This document shows positions 30,702-39,979 of a stretch of 64,000 nucleotides of DNA, one piece after another. The notes beneath the pieces were generated by a model. The model made no database searches. It was not told where the DNA came from and worked only from the letters and a program-made list of their open reading frames with translations. The translations under genes were made by a program, and so were the position numbers. The stretch covers positions 160,001 to 224,000 of the forward strand of contig CAVQJC010000006.1 in assembly GCA_963712745.1 (NCBI GenBank), written 5' to 3'. How positions within the stretch are numbered: the stretch's first letter is position 1; each line of letters begins with the position of its first letter. The stretch comes from an uncultured Chloroflexia bacterium. Its GTDB lineage: Bacteria; Chloroflexota; Limnocylindria; Limnocylindrales; CSP1-4.

Positions 30702-31391
30702 CTAGCCGGCGCCCTCGCCAGCTTCGCCACCCTCGGCGGCTGAGCCAGCCTCGGCGGCGTCCTCGCCCTCGGGGACCTCGGCGCCTTCCTCGATCTCCTC
30801 GCCCTCGAGGCCGGTGACCGGCTCCTCCTCGACACGCGGCGGCTGGACGCGGGCCAGCGGCTCTTCGGGGTCGGTGAGGATGGTCACGTCGTCGGGGACG
30901 ATGAGGTCACTGACGTGCAGGACCGCGTCGAAGGAGTCGAGCGGTGTGATGTCGAGATCGATGGCCTGGGGCAGGGCCGTGGCCAGGGCGCTGATGGAGA
31001 CGCTCTCGCGCAGGTGGAGCAGCGTGCCGCCAAGCTTGTCAGCCGCGGTCGAGTCACCCATGTAGTTGACGGGCACGTCGATGGTGATGGCCTCGGTCAT
31101 GGACACGACCTGGAAGTCGACGTGGACGGGATTCCGGCGGACCGGGTGCTCGTGGACGTTCTGTAGGAGCACCGGCGTAGCCCGGCTCTTGCCGATCTTC
31201 AGATCGACGAGCGTGTTCCGGTTCGTGTGACGCATGAGCACGTCGAACTCGCGGGCATCGAGCTGGATGTTCTCCGACTCCCTGCCCGCACCGTAGACCA
31301 CGGCGGGGAGGATGCCCTGCCGACGCAGGGTGCTGACCTTCTTGCCGACGACCTCACGCGGTTCGGCGGACACGACCGGACGGGTGCTCAC
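30702..31391 (-). CDS. rplY: 50S ribosomal protein L25/Ctc
   Basis: LRRQGILPAVVYG, HVDFQ, LHVSDL, acidic tail. Confidence 0.95.
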   Translation of the reverse strand: MSTRPVVSAEPREVVGKKVSTLRRQGILPAVVYGAGRESENIQLDAREFDVLMRHTNRNTLVDLKIGKSRATPVLLQNVHEHPVRRNPVHVDFQVVSMTEAITIDVPVNYMGDSTAADKLGGTLLHLRESVSISALATALPQAIDLDITPLDSFDAVLHVSDLIVPDDVTILTDPEEPLARVQPPRVEEEPVTGLEGEEIEEGAEVPEGEDAAEAGSAAEGGEAGEGAG

Positions 31392-31416
31392 TGGGTGACC
31401 TCTAGAGAAATCGTTG

Positions 31417-31483
31417 GTCCGTACTGGGCGCACGGTCCATCCGTGCTGGCGGGCAGTCGGAAGAGTCCGTACTGGGTGGACGG
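31417..31483 (-). promoter_or_regulatory. Duplicated 19 nt hairpin motif in the rplY 5' region
   Basis: gtccgtactgggcgcacgg (31417) and gtccgtactgggtggacgg (31465), 17/19 identical. Confidence 0.55.
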
Positions 31484-31540
31484 CCGTAAATCGTAGCACG
31501 AGAAGCCGGATCTTCCCAGCCATGTACCATCGGAGGTCGT

Positions 31541-32239
31541 ATGTCAGCAACCATCCTCATCGTCGAAGACGAGTACGCGGTCGCGCGCGGCATCCAGTAC
31601 GCCCTCGAGCAGGAGGGCTACCAGGTGACCGTCGCGGGGTCCGGGGAGGAGGCCCTGGAGGTCGCCGCCGACCTCGCTCCCGATCTCGTCGTGCTCGACG
31701 TGCGCATGCCCGGCATCGACGGCTTCGAGACGCTGCGCCGACTGCGCAGCGAGGGTTCGAAGGCGCCGGTGCTGATGCTGACCGCGCGCGACGAGGAGAT
31801 GGACAAGGTCATCGGGCTGGAGATGGGCGCTGACGACTACATGACCAAGCCCTTCGGGCTACGCGAGCTGCAGAGCCGCATCAAGGCCCTGCTGCGGCGG
31901 GCCTACGGCGACCTGGCCGACGCCATGGGCGGCCGGCTCATCCGCCATCGCGACCTTGTCATCGATCTGGACCGCAGGCGCGTGCAGCGTGGAGACAGGC
32001 GCGTCAGCCTGACGGCCACCGAGTTCGAGATCCTGCGCCACCTCGCGTCCAAGCCGGGTCGAGTCTTCAGCCGCCGAGAGTTGCTCGAGCTGGTGCGCGA
32101 CTACGAAGCTCTCGACCAGGACGAGAAGACCATCAACGTCCACGTGAGCCACCTGCGCGAGAAGCTTGAGGACGACCCGGTCGATCCCACCTTCATCCTC
32201 ACTATCCGTGGTGCCGGCTACGCTTTCGCCGAGCGCTGA
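31541..32239 (+). CDS. OmpR/PhoB family response regulator
   Basis: ILIVEDE, VVLDVRMP, GADDYMTKPF, LTATEFEIL, TIRGAGY. Confidence 0.95.
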   Translation: MSATILIVEDEYAVARGIQYALEQEGYQVTVAGSGEEALEVAADLAPDLVVLDVRMPGIDGFETLRRLRSEGSKAPVLMLTARDEEMDKVIGLEMGADDYMTKPFGLRELQSRIKALLRRAYGDLADAMGGRLIRHRDLVIDLDRRRVQRGDRRVSLTATEFEILRHLASKPGRVFSRRELLELVRDYEALDQDEKTINVHVSHLREKLEDDPVDPTFILTIRGAGYAFAER

Positions 32240-32249
32240 GTAGCCGCCG

Positions 32250-33812
32250 ATGGCCCGGGGATCGACCTCCGCGCCCGCGTACTCCACGGGCTACCGGGCC
32301 CTCGCGTCCAGCTACCGCACGCGCCTCTTCGTGGCCATCATCCTGGTGGTGGCGGTGGTGTTGGGCCTCGTGCTCGTCTCCCTGCCGCGCCTCCTCGAAG
32401 GCTTCTTCCTGAACCAAGAGCGCGAGAACCTTCAGACCAGGGCCGAGTCGATGGCCACCATCATCGCCGGTGAGCTGGCCGACGTCTCCGCCGGTGGCGC
32501 CCGCCCCATCATCCTGCCCGACGAGGGTTCACCCGGCGGCTCCACCGCCTGGGCACTGGGCGATGAGGGCCGTGGCGCAGTTCACGACCTGACCGACGAG
32601 TTCGCGCGCGCCGACGCCCATGTGGAGCTGGCCCCGGCCAGCGATGCCGAACCGGTGTGGGAGCTCGACGTAGCCTATCCCGACGACGCGGGCGAGGAAG
32701 GGCAGAACCGCGAACCGAGCCTCACCGAGTCGGCCGGCACGGTCGTACGTGACCTCTGGTACTCCGACACGGCACCGCCGGAGCGCGAGCTGACGGTGAC
32801 GTTGAGCAACCCCTTCACCTCGCGCGCACAGACGACCCGGACCATCACCGAGGTGCTGCTCAACGCGGCCCTGGTGGCGCTGGTGGTGGCGCTCATCACG
32901 GCTCTGCTGCTGGCCCAGTGGCTGGCCCGCCCCTTGCGCCGCCTGACGGTCACCTCACGCCTGCTGGCCGAGGGTCATCTCGACGCGCGAGTGGCCATCC
33001 CGGCCAACTCCCCGCCCGAGGTGCACGAACTGGCCGATGCCTTCAACGACATGGCCGAGCGTCTGCAGGAGTCGGTGACCATCATCAGCGAGGACCGCGA
33101 CCGCAGCCGCGAGTTCCTGGCCGACGTCAGTCACGAGCTGCGCACGCCCATCGCCGCCATGCGCACCTTCAACGAGCTGCTGCTGGAGGGCGCCGCGGAG
33201 GATCCCGACGCGCGCGAGGAGTTCCTGCGCGGCAGTCGCCAGCAGCTGGAGCGGCTCGACTGGCTGGCCGCCAACCTGCTTGAGCTCTCCAAGCTCGACT
33301 CGGGACTGGTGGCCCTGCAGCTGCGAAACGAGGACCTGCGGACGGTGGCTGAGGATGCTGTCGACCACGCGGAGCCGATGGCCGAGCGCAAGGGTGTCGA
33401 GCTGCGCACGCACCTGCCCGGCGAGCCAGTCATCCAGCCACACGACCCGCCACGCCTGGGACAGGTCCTGGGCAATCTCATCGGCAACGCCATCAAGTTC
33501 ACCTCCGAGGGCGGGCACGTCGACGTCACCGTCGCGGCCACCAAGGAAGGCGCCAGCTTCACCGTGGCCGACGATGGCGTGGGCATCGACCCTGACGAGC
33601 TCGAGCACGTGTTCGACCGCTTCTACCGCGGCACCCGCCGGCCACAGGAACGTGCCGGTGGTTCCGGACTGGGCCTGGCCATCGCCCGCTCGATCGTGGA
33701 CATGCACCACGGCCGCGTCTCGGTCTCCAGCACGCCCGACGTCGGTACCGAGGTCCTGGTCACATTGCCGCGGGATATTACGGCTTCTTCATCCTCCGAC
33801 GCCCAAGGGTGA
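32250..33812 (+). CDS. Membrane sensor histidine kinase (HAMP, HisKA, HATPase)
   Basis: Two TM, DVSHELRTP, NLIGNAIKF, DDGVGI, GSGLGLAI. Confidence 0.95.
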   Translation: MARGSTSAPAYSTGYRALASSYRTRLFVAIILVVAVVLGLVLVSLPRLLEGFFLNQERENLQTRAESMATIIAGELADVSAGGARPIILPDEGSPGGSTAWALGDEGRGAVHDLTDEFARADAHVELAPASDAEPVWELDVAYPDDAGEEGQNREPSLTESAGTVVRDLWYSDTAPPERELTVTLSNPFTSRAQTTRTITEVLLNAALVALVVALITALLLAQWLARPLRRLTVTSRLLAEGHLDARVAIPANSPPEVHELADAFNDMAERLQESVTIISEDRDRSREFLADVSHELRTPIAAMRTFNELLLEGAAEDPDAREEFLRGSRQQLERLDWLAANLLELSKLDSGLVALQLRNEDLRTVAEDAVDHAEPMAERKGVELRTHLPGEPVIQPHDPPRLGQVLGNLIGNAIKFTSEGGHVDVTVAATKEGASFTVADDGVGIDPDELEHVFDRFYRGTRRPQERAGGSGLGLAIARSIVDMHHGRVSVSSTPDVGTEVLVTLPRDITASSSSDAQG

Positions 33813-33862
33813 ATCCGCGGCCGACTACTCTCTTGTTCCGACTGCTGTGCCCTTGATCGGAG

Positions 33863-35203
33863 ATGCGCGCATCCATGGCCGACCGGCCCGGCGCTGATGA
33901 AGACCGTCAGCCCGCCTCCTACAGTCCCCCGCCCCAGCATCGCCCTGCCTGGATCGAGAACGGCTGGGGCAGCCGGCCTGTGAACGGCGCCGTGTCGCCC
34001 GCTGAGGTTCCCGCGGCGGGCGCGCCGGCCGGTCCCGAGCCTGACCGTGGGCGAGGCGAGGGCAGGACCGGCGGCCCCCTGCTGGCGGCGGTCCTGGCGG
34101 CCTTCCTCGGCTCCCTGGGCATGTACGCCCTGTTGATGGCCGGGGGCCAGCTCGATCGGCAAGTGCTCATCTCGGAGCCGCTCGGGCAGCAGTCCGGGAC
34201 AGCCACGCAGGTGGACCCGGATATCGTGCGGGTCGTGGAGGAGAACGCCGTGACCGGAGCCGTCGACGTGGTCAGTCCGGCGGTCGTGACCATCACGCCC
34301 CGTGCACGCGACGGCTCCTTCGTCTTCGAGAAGGTCGGTTCAGGCGTGATCTTCGATGCAGACGGCTGGGTCGTCACCAACCGCCACGTGGTCTGCAACG
34401 CAGACACGCTGACCGTGCAGCTGGCGGACGGTCAGCGCTACCCCGGCGTCATCCACGGACTGGACACGTTGACGGACCTGGCCATCGTCAAGATCGAAGG
34501 CCAGGGGCTTCCGGCGGTCCAGATGGGCAACTCGGGCACGCTGCGGGTAGGTCAGCGAGCGATCGCCATCGGCAGCCCTCTTGGTACCTTCACCAACTCG
34601 GTCACCACCGGCGTGGTGAGCGCGCTCGGACGGCACATCGATGTCACGGACGCCTGCGGGCGCGAGCGCCGCATGGAGTCGCTGCGCAACCTCATCCAGA
34701 CGGACGCTGCCATCAACCCCGGCAACAGCGGCGGCGCGCTCGTCGATGCCTCCGGTGCGCTCATCGGCATCAACACCGCCATCGCCGGCGACGCCCAGGG
34801 CATCGGCTTCGCCATCCCGGTCAATCTGGCCCGGCCCATCATGCAGCAGGCCATCGAGGGCGAGACGTTGAGTCGTCCATGGATGGGCATCTACTACACG
34901 GCACTGACGCCGGTGCTGCAGGACCAGCGCGGGCTCCTGCTGGGCTACGGCGCCCTCGTGGAGCCCCCGCAGGACTTCGTCGAGCAGGCGGTCTTGCCCG
35001 GCAGCCCGGCGGATACCGCGGGACTGCGCAGCGGAGACATCATCACCCACGTCGACACCATCAAGATCGACGGCGACAACCCTCTCGATGAGATCCTCAC
35101 TCAGTACCGTCCGCTTGAGACCGTCGCCCTGCGCGTGCTGCGCGACGAGGACCTGCTCGACCTCAGTCTGGTGCTGGGGACGCGGCCGACCACCGGACCC
35201 TAG
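33863..35203 (+). CDS. htrA: HtrA/DegP family membrane-anchored serine protease with PDZ
   Basis: GSGVI, VTNRHVV, TDLAIVK, IQTDAAINPGNSGG, PGSPADTAGL. Confidence 0.93.
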   Translation: MRASMADRPGADEDRQPASYSPPPQHRPAWIENGWGSRPVNGAVSPAEVPAAGAPAGPEPDRGRGEGRTGGPLLAAVLAAFLGSLGMYALLMAGGQLDRQVLISEPLGQQSGTATQVDPDIVRVVEENAVTGAVDVVSPAVVTITPRARDGSFVFEKVGSGVIFDADGWVVTNRHVVCNADTLTVQLADGQRYPGVIHGLDTLTDLAIVKIEGQGLPAVQMGNSGTLRVGQRAIAIGSPLGTFTNSVTTGVVSALGRHIDVTDACGRERRMESLRNLIQTDAAINPGNSGGALVDASGALIGINTAIAGDAQGIGFAIPVNLARPIMQQAIEGETLSRPWMGIYYTALTPVLQDQRGLLLGYGALVEPPQDFVEQAVLPGSPADTAGLRSGDIITHVDTIKIDGDNPLDEILTQYRPLETVALRVLRDEDLLDLSLVLGTRPTTGP

Positions 35204-35212
35204 GACCCCTCG

Positions 35213-35584
35213 TCAGGCACCCACCTCGCGCTCGCGGTGGATCTCCACCTCGGCGTGGTCCATGGAGACATCCATGGGCACGGCCAGCTTGCGCACCCGC
35301 ACGGTCACGGCCCTGATCCGTGCTGAAGCCTCCAGGACGCCCGAGGCCAGCGCCCCGGCCAGGCCCTCCAGCAGGGTGAAGCCTCCAGCCTCGACGGTGC
35401 GCTCGGTGAGCGCGACGAGTGGGCCGTAGTCGACCGTGTCCCCGAGCGCGTCCGACGATGCCGCAGCCGCCAGGTCCGTCTCCACCACGAGGTCGATCTC
35501 AAGCATCTGGGGGAACGCGCGCTCCTCCTCGGTCGCGCCGATGATGCCTTCGAAGCGCATCGCGCTGAGCGTGATCCGATCCAT
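35213..35584 (-). CDS. folB: Dihydroneopterin aldolase
   Basis: MDRITL…IGATEEER…DTVDY…LLEGLA…VRVRK. Confidence 0.93.
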   Translation of the reverse strand: MDRITLSAMRFEGIIGATEEERAFPQMLEIDLVVETDLAAAASSDALGDTVDYGPLVALTERTVEAGGFTLLEGLAGALASGVLEASARIRAVTVRVRKLAVPMDVSMDHAEVEIHREREVGA

Positions 35585-35623
35585 GCCTGCGGCCTCCTCG
35601 TGCGGGCCTGCCGGCCCCTGGTC

Positions 35624-36490
35624 TTAGCCCGGTGACTCCGTCCAGCCACCACGGATGATGGCATCACTCATGCGTGCGGCGCGGATGTTGGCGGCGACGT
35701 CGTGGACGCGTACCAGGTCCGCGCCGGCGGCGATGCCGAGCGCGGTGGTAGCGAGCGTGCCTTCCAACCGCTCCTCAGGGGGCAGGTCGAGGACCTTGCC
35801 GATGGTCGACTTTCGACTGGCGCCCAGGAGCACGGCTCGGCCGAGCACGCGCAGCGAGGCCAGGTCGCGCAGCAGGGCCAGGCTCTGCTCGGCGGTCTTG
35901 CCGAAGCCGATGCCGGGGTCGACGATGAGCGAGCCCGGCCCGCAACCCGCCGCCTCCGCCCTCGACAGCGCGACTCGCAGGTCCTCGACCACCTCGGCCA
36001 CGACATCCCGGTACTCGGGCCGGGTACGGCTGTGCATCACGATGTAGGGAGCGCCGTGCGCTGCGGCCACGGGGGCGAGGGCGGCGCCGGCGGTCACGCC
36101 GGCCACATCGTTGACGATGTCGGCACCGGCCATCAGAGCGGCAGCAGCCACCTCGGCCTTGCTGGTGTCGACGCTCACCGGTACGCCCGGCAGTCGCGCA
36201 CGGATGCCACGCACGACCGCGACCAGGCGCTCGAGCTCGTCCCCAGCCGAGACGGGGGTATGACCGGGACGAGTGGACTCGCCGCCGATGTCGATGATGT
36301 CAGCACCCTCTGCCACCATGCGCACCGCCTGAGCGGTGGCCGCTGCCAGGGGCTCGCCCGCGGCCAGAAGACCGTCGCCACTGAAGGAGTCGGGCGTCAT
36401 GTTGACGATGCCCATCACGTAGGTACGCTCGCCGAAACGCAACTCGAGGTCTCGGATCCGGATCGGTGGTGGTGCGAGCAGCTCAGTCAT
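35624..36490 (-). CDS. folP: Dihydropteroate synthase
   Basis: MGIVNMTPDSFSGDG, DIGGESTRPG, DPGIGFGK, GASRKS, VRVHDV. Confidence 0.96.
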   Translation of the reverse strand: MTELLAPPPIRIRDLELRFGERTYVMGIVNMTPDSFSGDGLLAAGEPLAAATAQAVRMVAEGADIIDIGGESTRPGHTPVSAGDELERLVAVVRGIRARLPGVPVSVDTSKAEVAAAALMAGADIVNDVAGVTAGAALAPVAAAHGAPYIVMHSRTRPEYRDVVAEVVEDLRVALSRAEAAGCGPGSLIVDPGIGFGKTAEQSLALLRDLASLRVLGRAVLLGASRKSTIGKVLDLPPEERLEGTLATTALGIAAGADLVRVHDVAANIRAARMSDAIIRGGWTESPG

Positions 36491-37802
36491 GGTCGCTGAT
36501 GGTGCCCGGGACGAGCGAAGCACGCAGTTGGCCGACGAGGTAGAGCGAGCCTGCGATGAGGAGCAGCCCGCCGCTCCGGGCCGCCGCCGCGAGGGCCTCG
36601 TCGAGGGCGGCGGCGGGCTCGTCGATGGCGGAGGCACTCGCACTGCCCGCGAGCTGTGCCCAGGCCCAGGCCAGCTCGTCGGCAGCCATGGCTCGGTCGG
36701 ATCCCGGCACGCGCGTGGCGATGAGGCGGGCGTCGGCCAGGAGCTCCGAGCGAGCCAGCGATGCCAGCATCTCGGCCACATCCTTGTCGCGCATGGCCCC
36801 GACGAGCAGCACAGCCCTGCCCGACGGCAGGCTCGGCGCCAGTTCGTCAACGGTGGCGGCCATCACCGCCATGCCGTCGGGGTTGTGGGCGCCGTCAAGG
36901 AGCACGACCTGGCCGTCCACATCGAGCAACTCCAGGCGCCCCGGCCAGCGAGTCGTGGCCAGGCCATCCACGATGGCCGTATCAGGAACGGTAGCGACCC
37001 CGACCTGGGCCAGGGCCTCGACGGCCCCCAGCGCCACCGCTGCATTGGACGCCTGGTGCCGGCCCAGGAGAGGCAGTCGCAGTCGCCCCAGGCGGCCGTG
37101 CCCGAGCGTGATGCCGTCCCGATCCATGCTCTCCACCGCCAGCGGCTCACAGACCTTCAGCGACACACCCTTCGCGCTTGCCCGCGAGCGGATGATGGCA
37201 AGCGCCTCACCCTGGGCCCCCGTGACCGCACGCGAGCCGTATTTGATGATGGCCGCCTTCTCCGCTGCCACCGAGGCGACCGTGTCGCCGAGATACTCCT
37301 GGTGGTCGAGCCCGACGTTGGTGATGGCCACGACGTCCGCGTGCCAGGCGTTGGAGGCGTCGAGTCGGCCGCCGAGACCGACCTCCATGACCATGACGTC
37401 GACCTTGGCACGCGCCGCCGCGAGGTAGGCCGCGGCAGTCAGGAGCTCGAACTCCGTGGCGGGCCCGAACTCGGCCTCGCCCGGCTCGCTCGCACGCAGC
37501 ACCTGCCCGAGCAGATCGTCGAGCTCATCCGCGCTGACCGGCTGGCCGCCGAGCGTGACGCGCTCACGGTAGCTATGAAGATGCGGGCTCGGTGACTGCG
37601 CCGTGGAGTAGCCTCCCGCAGCCAGCACGGAGGCCACCATGGCGGACACGCTGCCCTTGCCGTTGGTGCCGCCCACGAGCACGCCGTGCAGGGATCGCTG
37701 GGGATCACCCAGCTGGGTGAGCAGTGCCTCCATGCGGCCCAGGCCAAGACGGATGCCGATGGGACCGCGAGCTCGGATGCGGGCGAGGATGTCGGCCGGC
37801 AC
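36483..37802 (-). CDS. folC: Folylpolyglutamate synthase / dihydrofolate synthase
   Basis: VGGTNGKGS, SPHL, MEVGLGGRLDASN, WPGRLE, LDGAHNP, AGSLYLVG. Confidence 0.96.
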   Translation of the reverse strand: MPADILARIRARGPIGIRLGLGRMEALLTQLGDPQRSLHGVLVGGTNGKGSVSAMVASVLAAGGYSTAQSPSPHLHSYRERVTLGGQPVSADELDDLLGQVLRASEPGEAEFGPATEFELLTAAAYLAAARAKVDVMVMEVGLGGRLDASNAWHADVVAITNVGLDHQEYLGDTVASVAAEKAAIIKYGSRAVTGAQGEALAIIRSRASAKGVSLKVCEPLAVESMDRDGITLGHGRLGRLRLPLLGRHQASNAAVALGAVEALAQVGVATVPDTAIVDGLATTRWPGRLELLDVDGQVVLLDGAHNPDGMAVMAATVDELAPSLPSGRAVLLVGAMRDKDVAEMLASLARSELLADARLIATRVPGSDRAMAADELAWAWAQLAGSASASAIDEPAAALDEALAAAARSGGLLLIAGSLYLVGQLRASLVPGTISDHD

Positions 37803-37803
37803 G

Positions 37804-38100
37804 TCAGAACGCGACTATCTCTTCCTCGTAGAAGACGCACTGGTTGAAACGTGCGGAGAGGCAGACATCGGTGACGTAACCGGCGTCGAGGTGGACGCCG
37901 CCCCGCACCTGGCAACGCGCGATGGTGCCCTCCTGGCGCATGTAGGCCTTGAGCAGGTGCGGTGTCTGCACCGGGATCGGGCCACGCGGGCCGGTCATGT
38001 AGAAGTGCGGGCAGACGTTGCGGCGGAGGTTGGGCAGACCGAAGGGGATACCCGGACGGAGGGCGGCCAGCTGCGTAGCGGCGGTATCGGCGCTGGGCAT
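37804..38100 (-). CDS. Small four-Cys hypothetical protein directly upstream of folC
   Basis: VCPHFY…ARC…DVCLSARFNQCVFY; stop 1 nt from folC start; good codon bias. Confidence 0.7.
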   Translation of the reverse strand: MPSADTAATQLAALRPGIPFGLPNLRRNVCPHFYMTGPRGPIPVQTPHLLKAYMRQEGTIARCQVRGGVHLDAGYVTDVCLSARFNQCVFYEEEIVAF

Positions 38101-38280
38101 GCGGGGTGTTACCCGGGCGACGGGACCGGGCGGCGGTGGTGGCGGCACGTTACCGATCGAGTTGGAACGCGACCCTCGCGCGCGACTCGATGGCACTCCA
38201 CGCTCTTGACCGTTCAAATGTTCCCCTCTGCGGAGCTCCCCCACTGGCTGTTCCTCGTTAGCGTGCCACAATCTGCGGGG

Positions 38281-39432
38281 ATGGACGACGCCACTTCACG
38301 GACACGCTCGACGAGCCGCCGCATGGCCTCGGCCAAGCCGGCCGGGACGACGCGGCGACGCAGCCCGCGAAGCCCGAGCAAGGGTGATGGGGAGCGGATC
38401 TCGCCGGCGCGCTGGGCGGGTGTCGCTCTGGTCATGGCTGCCATCGTCGGTGCCATCGTGCTGGCGATGATCAGCCCCAGTGAGCCGGGCGCCGTGGCGC
38501 AGACCGGGGCTGCGGCCGAGGCCTCGCCGATACCGGTCGCGACGGCCGCTGACGGGCGCCTGCCCACGGTCCAGCCGCGCATCGTCAAACCCAGCGCAGG
38601 TACCGTTGCGGAGTTCGAGCTCCCCGTGACCGTCGAGGTGCCCAAGGAGGCGTTGCCCAAGGGCGTCCTGCACCTGGTGGTCCTGCGAGGGGAAGACATC
38701 ATCGGCCGTACCGAGAATCCCAAGACGGGTCAGGTGGTGACCGTCCACGCACAGCTGGTCCCCGGCGACAACGAACTCACGGTCGCGCTCGAAGGTCCCG
38801 GGGGCCTGGGCCCCCTCTCCGAGCCGCGGGTGATGACGCTGGACCGTGACGCACCCCAGCTGGCCATCACCTCGCCCAAGAACAAGTACAGGACATACGA
38901 CGATACGGCACGTGTCACCGGCACCTCCGAGGTCGGGGCCGAGGTCCACGTGATGAACCAGGCCAACAACTGGGACCAGACCGAGACCGTGGGACGAAGC
39001 GGCGAGTGGATGGTCACCGTGCCACTGAAGATCGGGGGCAACCAAATCGTCGCGACCTCGACCGACAGCGTGGGGCTGGATCGGGAGAAGCGCATCCGGG
39101 TCACTCGTCTCGATGGCAAGCCGACCATCAAGATCGAGGTCAGGCCGAAGCGCGTCAAGAAGTCCGAGCTGCCGCGGTCGGTCAAGGTCACCGTCACCGT
39201 CACCGACGCCAAGGGCAAGCCCATGCCCGAGGCTCGGGTCGAATACACCCTCGGCGGTCCCGGTCGTACGACCGTGAGCGAACCGGACACGACCAACCCG
39301 AAGGGCAAGTCAACCTGGTCGCCCCGGATCGAACCCAGCTCGTCGCCGGCCGACGAGGTCCTGCTGGGAGTGACCGTCACCTCTCCCTATGACGGGGTCA
39401 AGCGCGGGAGCTTCACCATCGATCTCGACTAG
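38281..39432 (+). CDS. Membrane-anchored surface protein with Ig-like domains
   Basis: Basic N-terminus, one TM, LVPGDNELTV…LDRDAPQLAITSP…VTGTSEVGAEV…LKIGGNQIVA; VTVTVTDAKGKP. Confidence 0.8.
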   Translation: MDDATSRTRSTSRRMASAKPAGTTRRRSPRSPSKGDGERISPARWAGVALVMAAIVGAIVLAMISPSEPGAVAQTGAAAEASPIPVATAADGRLPTVQPRIVKPSAGTVAEFELPVTVEVPKEALPKGVLHLVVLRGEDIIGRTENPKTGQVVTVHAQLVPGDNELTVALEGPGGLGPLSEPRVMTLDRDAPQLAITSPKNKYRTYDDTARVTGTSEVGAEVHVMNQANNWDQTETVGRSGEWMVTVPLKIGGNQIVATSTDSVGLDREKRIRVTRLDGKPTIKIEVRPKRVKKSELPRSVKVTVTVTDAKGKPMPEARVEYTLGGPGRTTVSEPDTTNPKGKSTWSPRIEPSSSPADEVLLGVTVTSPYDGVKRGSFTIDLD

Positions 39433-39450
39433 CTCTTGGCCGCACGACGG

Positions 39451-39957
39451 TCAGCCGCGGCGACTCCGGCGTGAACGTCGCTCGAGCTCCGACATCAGGC
39501 GGCGTCCGGGCGCCACCGAAGGCGCCTCCACCAGCCGGTCGACGGGGCTTGCCTCGACCCAACCGCCGGAGAGCGGCTGCTCCCGCCGGACCTCTCGATC
39601 CCGGACAATCGCGGGCAGTGACCCTGGCGAGGGCGGAGCGGTCAGTGCGGGCGAGTGCAGTGACGCACGCACGGCGACCGCTTCCAGGTCGCCGAACAGG
39701 CCACCACCGTCGACGGCGGGTGAGGCCTCCCAGCACGAGCGCACGTCATCACCGCTGAGCGGAGTACGGGCACGGTCCCGGGCGCAGTAGCCCAGGTCCG
39801 CGGCCACCGAGGTCCGGTACAGATGGCAGGTGGAGCAGGTTAGCGCCGCGCGTGAGCAGGCCCAGCAGCGCGTCGCCTCTGCCTGCAGCGTGCGGCAGTG
39901 CGGACAGCGCCACGAAGGTGCGGCCGACACGGTATCGGGATGGTCGAAGATGGACAT
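39451..39957 (-). CDS. Cys-rich zinc-ribbon hypothetical protein
   Basis: CPHC, CWAC, CSTC, YC…SCWE; 22 bp downstream of pknB. Confidence 0.7.
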   Translation of the reverse strand: MSIFDHPDTVSAAPSWRCPHCRTLQAEATRCWACSRAALTCSTCHLYRTSVAADLGYCARDRARTPLSGDDVRSCWEASPAVDGGGLFGDLEAVAVRASLHSPALTAPPSPGSLPAIVRDREVRREQPLSGGWVEASPVDRLVEAPSVAPGRRLMSELERRSRRSRRG

Positions 39958-39979
39958 CAGCGCCGCGGGTGCGTGCGGG

